From a virus: a stretch of DNA of 64,000 nt. The stretch lies in IMG/VR virus record IMGVR_UViG_3300011113_000238, positions 20,111-84,110 of that record. One strand, given 5' to 3'. Positions within the stretch are counted from its first letter, which is position 1. Each line of letters begins with the position of its first letter. The notes below the pieces were generated by a model that worked only from the letters and a program-made list of their open reading frames with translations, was not told the origin of the DNA and ran no database searches. Below are positions 28,652 to 35,951 of the stretch, one piece after another. Made by a program: the position numbers and the translations under genes.

Positions 28652-28864
28652 TTAGCTCTTAATGCTTACCTCAAACTTCAGGATTAGCAGCAATACCAGC
28701 ACTGCACACCATTCTTTAAATCCGTAGGTAACTGCTGATTCAAACAGGATGTTGGTCATTGCAATCACCAGTAAAGGTGTAATTGCTACTCCGATTACAA
28801 CAGAGAGTACAGCAAAGATACTTGGAAGTACTTTCATAATTCGATTGAACGTAATTTCCTTCAT
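28652..28864 (-). CDS. small membrane protein
   Basis: Two TM segments. Confidence 0.55.
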   Translation of the reverse strand: MKEITFNRIMKVLPSIFAVLSVVIGVAITPLLVIAMTNILFESAVTYGFKEWCAVLVLLLILKFEVSIKS

Positions 28865-28866
28865 TA

Positions 28867-29118
28867 TCAACCTTGTAGTTCTTCGATCAGGTCCAGCGTA
28901 TCCTGAGCTTTGCTTTCTACGTTACCCAGCTTGTCACGAGCCTTAGCTTTAGCCAGAGCAGCAACTGCAGAGAACTTCAGATCGGATTCATCGGCTTCTT
29001 CCTTCAAAGCCTTTGCGTCTTCTTCAAGCAGAGCAATCTCTGTGTAGATAGGTACGAGTTTGTCGAACAGTTCCTTGTTGGTCATAGGAGCGGAGGGAGT
29101 TGTATTTTCAGTAGTCAT
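28867..29118 (-). CDS. GapR/DsbA-like small DNA-binding protein
   Basis: EIALLEEDAKALKEEA...LAKAKA...LIEEL pattern. Confidence 0.5.
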   Translation of the reverse strand: MTTENTTPSAPMTNKELFDKLVPIYTEIALLEEDAKALKEEADESDLKFSAVAALAKAKARDKLGNVESKAQDTLDLIEELQG

Positions 29119-29166
29119 GTGTATTCCTTTATGTTAGTAGGTTAATTATGCGTGATTGAGTATGGG

Positions 29167-29520
29167 TTAACGCCACTCAATCTTTTGGACTGGTGTAGGA
29201 TTCACGAAGTCAAAACCTTCGTAAGTACTACCGTCAAAACTTTGGTAATAACCATCGAACTTTACATGAACGCTAACATCACCAGCTGTGAATATGTAGA
29301 CGCTCCAATATTCGCTACCCATGTCTTCACCACCGTAGTTATCTTCGTGCTTGAAGCTGATACCTGCAATGGACAGTTCATTGCGGAATTCTGTAATTTC
29401 GTCAGAATCCCACTGACTATAGCCGTCGCGCATTTCACTATTGAAGAAGTGGCGCTCAACGTCACGACCGGCAGCATTCAGCAAATCCGATACCTTGGAT
29501 TGCAACTCTTGTTTGTTCAT
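29167..29520 (-). CDS. conserved phage protein
   Basis: AAGGAG RBS; DNYGGEDMGSEYW...GYYQSFDG. Confidence 0.7.
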   Translation of the reverse strand: MNKQELQSKVSDLLNAAGRDVERHFFNSEMRDGYSQWDSDEITEFRNELSIAGISFKHEDNYGGEDMGSEYWSVYIFTAGDVSVHVKFDGYYQSFDGSTYEGFDFVNPTPVQKIEWR

Positions 29521-29588
29521 ATTTACTCCTTTTTTAAAGCAGCATTAAGCACTGCTCGAATTGGCGATATTGCCGACTAACCATCTGA

Positions 29589-30413
29589 TTATACACCAAG
29601 TAACTTTTGTTTTACTTGCTGAATCTTACTTTCGTTGTAATTCTGCACTAGCTCAGGATAATGGTCAATACTGTAATTGCGAAAATAACCACTGCACAGC
29701 GTAGTGCAAATCTTACCCAGTGCTTTTAAGTACGCTAACTTCATTGGGTAATCCCAGTTATTACGAACTAGAAAACGCTCTGTTGCAATTACATACGCTT
29801 CCTCCTGAATGCACTTTAGCTTGTCATCGTGCGATAGCAACAGCCACTTATCTTTCTCGCACCATGCGTTACCTTCTTGACGCAGAAGCTGAGTATACAG
29901 CGGTTTGTCGTAGTGCGCGTACAGCTCATGCAAATAGTCATGGTCATATACCTTACTCACAGCATCATCAAAGAACGCTTCTTTATTCTGCATCAGGTTA
30001 GGATTAGCTTGCGGGTATAACTTCATGGTCATCTCTGTGCGTTGCTGCAGTAGGCGTTCATCTTCGGGTGTGTACCAGTTGGTGAACTTCGCAAGGTGAT
30101 GGTGATACATTGCAATATGACGATCAAATTTCATGTCACGCCACAAGTGACTGCGCTTAATAATGCAAAGACCTCTAGGTTGTACCACATAAACCTTTTG
30201 CCCACCGATTTCTACGGTAGCATCTTCCTGAGTAAACCGAGAGAACTCTTCGTTATTTAGTAACCACGGATCGTGATATTCAATATTAACATTAGGTACT
30301 TCTTGGAATGTGCCGGCGTGGTTTGTGATTACGTCCCAGTCTGTGCTTTCTTTAATTTGCACGGACGGAAACCAGAAGTTTAGCGCTCGTGATCCGATTA
30401 GTAAATTCTTCAA
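29589..30413 (-). CDS. putative nucleotidyltransferase
   Basis: N-terminal LIGSRAL...DWDVI (GS...DxD motif); GGAGG RBS. Confidence 0.7.
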   Translation of the reverse strand: MKNLLIGSRALNFWFPSVQIKESTDWDVITNHAGTFQEVPNVNIEYHDPWLLNNEEFSRFTQEDATVEIGGQKVYVVQPRGLCIIKRSHLWRDMKFDRHIAMYHHHLAKFTNWYTPEDERLLQQRTEMTMKLYPQANPNLMQNKEAFFDDAVSKVYDHDYLHELYAHYDKPLYTQLLRQEGNAWCEKDKWLLLSHDDKLKCIQEEAYVIATERFLVRNNWDYPMKLAYLKALGKICTTLCSGYFRNYSIDHYPELVQNYNESKIQQVKQKLLGV

Positions 30414-30433
30414 AAGACCTCCTGTTAATTGAA

Positions 30434-31242
30434 GATGGTGAGGTGCCCTTACGTTTGCATTGAGAGCCTATTGCTGCAGTAAACCTGTTAGCTGCAACCC
30501 GCTATTTCAAACACCACGAGTCATATTGTCGAACCTGTTTCACTACAGGTACTCTTGCGCATTTTACGCGCATTCACCATCAAGTCTGCACACTATAGAT
30601 CAAACTGTTAGCGCTAACATAGTCCCTCATTCAAGATGCCTCTCGTTTGGTGCGGGCTTCGCTACAGTATGCAGACTTGATAGTTGATGGTGGTCATACC
30701 GTCCTGACCGTGGGTACCCTGAAGGGCACCGAGGATTTGAACCTCTATTTACGCCACTGCACCATCAAGTATGAACCCTCTGCATTCCTATTCGTAAACT
30801 TGCGCTTTAGGCCGTTCCATCTTTCGGATCGTGAGTTCATACTTGATAGTAGCACCTTACGGGTGCTATTCGCCGAGCGTCATATCCAGAAGAACCCCGC
30901 AGCGGAAGGCCGTTTAATACTTGAATTATACCATCATCAAAGCACCGATGGGACTTGAACCCACATACTTTTCGCGCTCTACCTTATCTATAGTTGATAG
31001 AGAACAACTGGTCGCACCGCTTAACCTCACGATGCTTTGATGATAGAAATTATACCATAAGTAGTTGCACTAGGTTAGCAGAGACACAACTCTTTTAAAG
31101 AAACTTATTTATCCAACAGTTACCCATTGCTTTTGTTCCTTGGCTTTTGCCTTCAGCGCTCCGATGTTTAACGCCAGTTTCCCAGCCGCTGCACTTATTA
31201 GTACCTACCAGCGGAATTGTACCTAATGCAACTACTTATGGT
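30434..31242 (-). ncRNA. array of six stem-closed structured RNA cassettes
   Basis: Inverted-repeat arms of 8-23 bp; all mismatches in the four long stems are G-U on the minus strand; no credible ORF. Confidence 0.75.
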
Positions 31243-31314
31243 GCGAGTGGAGAGATTCAAACTCCCGACCGATGGTATAGAAGACCACAGCTCTGTTCCC
31301 TGAGCTACACTCGC
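31239..31314 (-). tRNA. tRNA-Arg(UCU)
   Basis: 76-nt cloverleaf GCGAGTG...GTGGT-CTTCTAT-ACCAT...CACTCGC-A-CCA; T-loop TTTGAAT. Confidence 0.9.
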
Positions 31315-31402
31315 CAATGCTGGTTACGTAATCCAGCGTTGCTATTTAGGTTGCAACCGTAAGACCTTCTAGCTTAGGAGTACTAGAGTTCTAGATTATA
31401 CA

Positions 31403-32074
31403 TCAGAATGGTGCGTCAAGGTCTTCTTCATCAACAGGAGGCTTCGCCTTAGCTGCAGTTTTAGCTGGAGTAGCCTTCTTAGGTGCTTCCTTGGTTTCTT
31501 CCTTAGCCGCACCCTTCAGATACTTTGCGTACTTGTCAGACACGTCAACCTCTTCGCGCTCTTCCTTGACGTATTCAATCAAGTCCAGCACTACGACTTC
31601 ACCGAGGCTCAACTGCATGCTACCGTTGGTGCGCTCCCACTGCTCAATACCCAGAACACCCTTGCTACCGTTAGCAATCAGCTTGGTGTGCGTAATATCC
31701 TTGAGAGTGCCACCCACTACTTCATAGGCTTTTGGCTCATGCTGTGGTAGGATCGGACGACCTGTCTTACCCATTTCGCTGGATTTACGGAAGGTCAACA
31801 CCCACACGTTCTTCCCAGCGTCATCAGGGGCAGGGCACTTGTAGATACCTTCAAACTCTGCAGCTTTTACTTTCTTGATGCTTGGTTTGGCGTCAACCTT
31901 GGTGCACCATGCTTCAAATTCATCCACCCAGTCTTCGTCTGTTACGACGACACTGGCTTTGAATTCATCAGGCTTAGGGTCGGTGCCGGGTTTTTGAAAA
32001 GCTTTTACAGGTTTATCAATCTGGACGTAAACCAGAGTACCTTCAACTTCTTTAAATTGTTCGTTTTGTGCCAT
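31403..32074 (-). CDS. single-stranded DNA-binding protein (T7 gp2.5-like)
   Basis: LIANGSKG...VLDLIEY; acidic tail ending in F. Confidence 0.75.
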   Translation of the reverse strand: MAQNEQFKEVEGTLVYVQIDKPVKAFQKPGTDPKPDEFKASVVVTDEDWVDEFEAWCTKVDAKPSIKKVKAAEFEGIYKCPAPDDAGKNVWVLTFRKSSEMGKTGRPILPQHEPKAYEVVGGTLKDITHTKLIANGSKGVLGIEQWERTNGSMQLSLGEVVVLDLIEYVKEEREEVDVSDKYAKYLKGAAKEETKEAPKKATPAKTAAKAKPPVDEEDLDAPF

Positions 32075-32188
32075 GTTAGTGTTCCTTCTCGTGTTATGTT
32101 AGTAAGTTTTGGTAGTGTTGAGCAGTCTACCAACTGCATGAATCAATAGCTTGATCTGCTAAGTGAAACTGAATTATAGCACAGAAAC

Positions 32189-32608
32189 TTAAGCAGTTTC
32201 AAACTTTTTCTTCAGTTCCAAGTATTTTTGATACTCAGGATCGTTTTGGCGTTGCAACTCTTGTTGTTCTGCTAGCAGACTCTGAAAGATTTCTTCTGCA
32301 ACTAGCATCAAGTGCTGCGAGGTAAACCTACCACGTTGATTAGCGTACTTGCTGTACTTGAATAGAACTTTAGATACAGTTTTCAGTGTGATTTCCGGTT
32401 CTACTTTTCGCTTAGTCTTGATGCGGTAAGAATGGTGGTTGGAAGGAAAGTTGAGTTCACGGTTGTCATTTTCCCACATAGCCCAGACTTTATACACCAC
32501 AGGGGAAGTCCCTGCGTATTCTTCAATCTTAGTAACAACCCCTGTATCCCCAACCTTACCGTCTGGACTGCTTTCTTCGACGATATCACCTACTTCGTAA
32601 TTTGGCAT
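32189..32608 (-). CDS. hypothetical protein
   Basis: AAGGA RBS. Confidence 0.65.
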   Translation of the reverse strand: MPNYEVGDIVEESSPDGKVGDTGVVTKIEEYAGTSPVVYKVWAMWENDNRELNFPSNHHSYRIKTKRKVEPEITLKTVSKVLFKYSKYANQRGRFTSQHLMLVAEEIFQSLLAEQQELQRQNDPEYQKYLELKKKFETA

Positions 32609-32665
32609 ATTATCCTTTCTGTATGCGGCAGCATTGGGAAGCTGCCTTTCGTTTGTAAGAAGACT

Positions 32666-34870
32666 CTATTGTAGCACAGGTTGAGGGACTTTTGCAGGAA
32701 CTAGCAATTTTTCTGCTTCATTCACGTAGTATTCAAAATCAATGTCACCATCAAAGTCCAGCATGTTGTTGCATGTCTTGATGTTCCACGCTGTATCAAT
32801 CCCTAACCTGCGGAAATCCTCAGAACCTTCCAGTGGTTTCATAATCTTGACTAGCTTACCACCGCTCTTACTAGGATAGTACCGGCAGATTCGCTGCTGT
32901 TCAACATCATGAGTGCTTCCATCTTCGTTAGTGTACTCCAAAACCAGCTTTGAACTACGATCAACCTTAGTTCTGAGCATGAAATCCATAATGTCAATCT
33001 TGGAGTGCTCTTCAATGAACTGTCGAATGTCCTTACCATGCACCATAGCAGCCTCTACAGCCTTCTGTACGACTAGAGCGGACTGATTCTGATGCCACCC
33101 TAGCTTCTCGTACTGATAAGCTCCCTTGCGCTTAACATCACCGTTCGTATAAACAGCGTAGTAATTATTTACGTCGCGGATGTACATCTTACTGTAATCG
33201 ACAAACTCAAGGTCAAGTCCTACATCCTTTTGCCATTGATTGCAGACTGCGTTGTATTGATCTTCCGTTTCACGCAGCATGGCGACTGTCAGACCGTCCG
33301 TATTCAACTGAACTAATCTCAGACCTTCAATCTGCAGAAGTCTATCGGCCAGCATGAGCAAGGACAACTGACCATTCAGTGTAATCTGCATAGTGAACTT
33401 AGGATCATAAAACACGGAATACTTGTCGTTGCTCTTACCATACGTACCATTGAGTGCAAGTTTCAACATTGCATTCTCGGCTGATTTCTTATCGTAGGAT
33501 TTACGTTGTAAGTACATATCCTTGTAAATATCGCAGAACGTATCCCCAAGGTGCTCAGGGTAGATTCGATTTGCAATAGCAATGTTGGGGTACATTGAAC
33601 TTACATCTGCATCGCGCACCATATATCGCTTAGTTTCACTAACCACTTTATCCGACAGACTGGCATGTACACCACCTACACCGAAGTCAATCCTGTAACC
33701 ATCCACCAGTACATTCAAAGTAGTAGCCTGACGATGCATTCCCCAGTAGGATTTCTTAGGTACTCGCATCTTCTTCTGTTTCTTGGTGAAGTCCGGTTGA
33801 CCGTCAGCATCCAATGGATACTGCATCACATGATTACCTTCTGCGTCAAACAGATATTCTGTAGCCTTGAGTTCTTCAGTTTCGATCCAACCAAGAGGAT
33901 ACTGCTTCATGAATTCTGCAATGTCTTCCTCAGTGGGTTTAGTCTTGAACCGCTGCTTCTTAACTTCCATTTCAGCGTATTGAGCAACTGAACCAAGATC
34001 ATGTTCTTCAATATCGGAGAACACACCTTTTGTTTCAGTTAGTAATTGCTTACCAAACCATTCGTAGATAGCTTGAAACTCAGGTCGAGAGAAGGAATAG
34101 TAATTGAATAAGCAATCCTTGACTACAATCTTAGGTCGATGTGTCTGGTTCATCTGTCGCTTGCCGTTGCGGTGAGAGTACAGCTTTACACCGGCTTTCT
34201 CAAGTTCCATCTGAAAGTATTCCGCGCCGATCTTTGTATCATCAGCGTTAGTAAAGTCACGACCAAGTTTAATACTCAACTTATCTCGGAAGTCAATCTG
34301 AGATTCTGATACGAAGTAAAACTGCCGTGTGCATTCTACATCATGCTCGTTGTACTGTTTAATCTTGTCGATGTGTTCTGCAGTAAGCTCCTGATGAATA
34401 TCGTAAGGTAAATCCTCGATATTGTTCATACGCATATTGAATTCGATCATCTTAAGGCCAGTAGAACGAGCCTTGTTATTAAAGTGCCAGATGCGGTAAA
34501 GGTCAACTTGTTTGACGTACTCATCAGCAGTCTTTACGGTGTTGCCGAAACCATCCTTGAAAGAATCAATCTGATCCTGAGCCATGCGGAAAACCCTACG
34601 AGCAATCTTCTTACCATCTGTAGGTAACTTACCACGTAGCTTCAGAATCTCGTGCATGATGGGGTAGTCGAAACCCTTGGAGTTGAACCCGACCATGCGG
34701 AAGTCGTTATCGTGCAAGTAGTCCATGCAGGCGAAAATACGGTCGATCTGATTCATTCGGAAAGAGCACTCAAAGGTCTGTTTGAATTTACCGTCTGCTC
34801 GGACAATGCTGAATGTAAATGCATCCTTGAATGTCTCAATGTCGTAGATAAAATCCCTTGTGTAATCCAT
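32666..34870 (-). CDS. DNA polymerase, family B
   Basis: Exo YDIE, GFNSKGFD, YNEHD; pol DVSSMYP, KLALNGTYG, NTDG. Confidence 0.92.
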   Translation of the reverse strand: MDYTRDFIYDIETFKDAFTFSIVRADGKFKQTFECSFRMNQIDRIFACMDYLHDNDFRMVGFNSKGFDYPIMHEILKLRGKLPTDGKKIARRVFRMAQDQIDSFKDGFGNTVKTADEYVKQVDLYRIWHFNNKARSTGLKMIEFNMRMNNIEDLPYDIHQELTAEHIDKIKQYNEHDVECTRQFYFVSESQIDFRDKLSIKLGRDFTNADDTKIGAEYFQMELEKAGVKLYSHRNGKRQMNQTHRPKIVVKDCLFNYYSFSRPEFQAIYEWFGKQLLTETKGVFSDIEEHDLGSVAQYAEMEVKKQRFKTKPTEEDIAEFMKQYPLGWIETEELKATEYLFDAEGNHVMQYPLDADGQPDFTKKQKKMRVPKKSYWGMHRQATTLNVLVDGYRIDFGVGGVHASLSDKVVSETKRYMVRDADVSSMYPNIAIANRIYPEHLGDTFCDIYKDMYLQRKSYDKKSAENAMLKLALNGTYGKSNDKYSVFYDPKFTMQITLNGQLSLLMLADRLLQIEGLRLVQLNTDGLTVAMLRETEDQYNAVCNQWQKDVGLDLEFVDYSKMYIRDVNNYYAVYTNGDVKRKGAYQYEKLGWHQNQSALVVQKAVEAAMVHGKDIRQFIEEHSKIDIMDFMLRTKVDRSSKLVLEYTNEDGSTHDVEQQRICRYYPSKSGGKLVKIMKPLEGSEDFRRLGIDTAWNIKTCNNMLDFDGDIDFEYYVNEAEKLLVPAKVPQPVLQ

Positions 34871-34969
34871 GCGTTCTCCAAAAGTAAAAGTCCAGAAGTA
34901 CTAGAGTATAGCACATTCTGGACTGTTGTTCATAGAACCTGCAAAATTCTGGGCAGGTATTGTTGAAGG

Positions 34970-35881
34970 TTACGTTCCATGTCGCTCAGTGTAACCAGCA
35001 CCTTGTTCGTTCACCTTCTTGATGAGTGCATCTCGACACTCTATGGCCATCCTGAGAGCTTCATCGTCGCCGTATTTTACACAAGAAAATCCCCGTACAG
35101 TTTTGACGCGATTAACACCAACTGCCACAGTGTATCTTCTAATCAGAGTACCACGTTGGTTAAACCCTTCGTAATACGAAATCATACTATGACCGGTTGT
35201 ATTATTTTTGTTTTTACTTCTATTTCTCCCATTCAACTCAGGTATCACTACTCTTAAATTCTCAATTCTATTGTCATTGCGAATTCCATTAATGTGATCA
35301 ATCCACAAACCTTCTGGTATTTTACCATAATTAAAGAACCACACTAACCGATGTACTTTGTAATGATTACCGAAACCGTGGATTTTCCAATATCCATCAG
35401 AAATGTCAAGTGAACCAGCTACATCTCCTTTTTGAACTTTTGAACCATGTGATGTTTTACCTTTCCATCTGAGACAACTCGGACTAGTTTCATCGTATTC
35501 CAGATAAAGTTTTAACTTGTTGCAATATTTTTCAGGAAGGTCTGTTAAGTCCTCTCGTAGTTTCAGATTGGTTAATTTAGCATTTGTACAATCTCCGTCT
35601 TCAAAAACTAAACTATAACCATCAGGTATCGTACCGTTATGTAGCATCCATATAATCTTCGGAATACTGTACGCGCTTTTCTGATAATTGAGAACAAGAA
35701 ATCCATCATAACTTATTCCACCTGCTTGTCCATTATTTCTTCTGGGCACTAATTTACCACCGTTACCTACTCTCATGTGCTTCCAGCGTAAACAGGTTAG
35801 AGACGTTTCATCGTAAACGAATAATCCATGAATATCTAACTGGTCTAGTTTGTCGTGCGCTTTTCTGATGCGTTCTAACAT
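34970..35881 (-). CDS. HNH homing endonuclease with duplicated module and AP2-like tail
   Basis: VHRLVW...IDHINGIRNDNRIENLR; YDETSxxCLRWK occurs twice. Confidence 0.9.
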   Translation of the reverse strand: MLERIRKAHDKLDQLDIHGLFVYDETSLTCLRWKHMRVGNGGKLVPRRNNGQAGGISYDGFLVLNYQKSAYSIPKIIWMLHNGTIPDGYSLVFEDGDCTNAKLTNLKLREDLTDLPEKYCNKLKLYLEYDETSPSCLRWKGKTSHGSKVQKGDVAGSLDISDGYWKIHGFGNHYKVHRLVWFFNYGKIPEGLWIDHINGIRNDNRIENLRVVIPELNGRNRSKNKNNTTGHSMISYYEGFNQRGTLIRRYTVAVGVNRVKTVRGFSCVKYGDDEALRMAIECRDALIKKVNEQGAGYTERHGT

Positions 35882-35936
35882 ATTACTCCATTGTTGTAGT
35901 TAAGTAATCTTTATTTTACCACAACAACAGAGTAAT
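35882..35936 (-). promoter_or_regulatory. 19-bp RBS-sequestering hairpin with internal extended -10
   Basis: Minus strand ATTACTCTGTTGTTGTGGT pairs with ACTACAACAATGGAGTAAT; TGGTAAAAT at the 5' arm/loop junction. Confidence 0.7.
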
Positions 35937-35951
35937 TTCAATAGCTAATTA

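Noticed and set aside
31075-31220. Cassette F as a CsrB/RsmZ-like sponge
   Set aside because: Only a few GGA motifs, not clearly in regular hairpin loops
30434-31242. CRISPR array
   Set aside because: The repeats are inverted arms of differing sequence with irregular spacing, not identical direct repeats; no cas genes
31270-31290. Amber suppressor (CUA) reading of the tRNA, implying stop-codon recoding
   Set aside because: The stem register GTGGT/ACCAT fixes the loop as CTTCTAT with anticodon TCT; genes translate intact in the standard code and some end in TAG
30460-31362. + strand ORFs 30460-30687, 30647-30958 and 31147-31362
   Set aside because: No RBS, opposite to the local gene direction, and they overlap the tRNA and RNA stems
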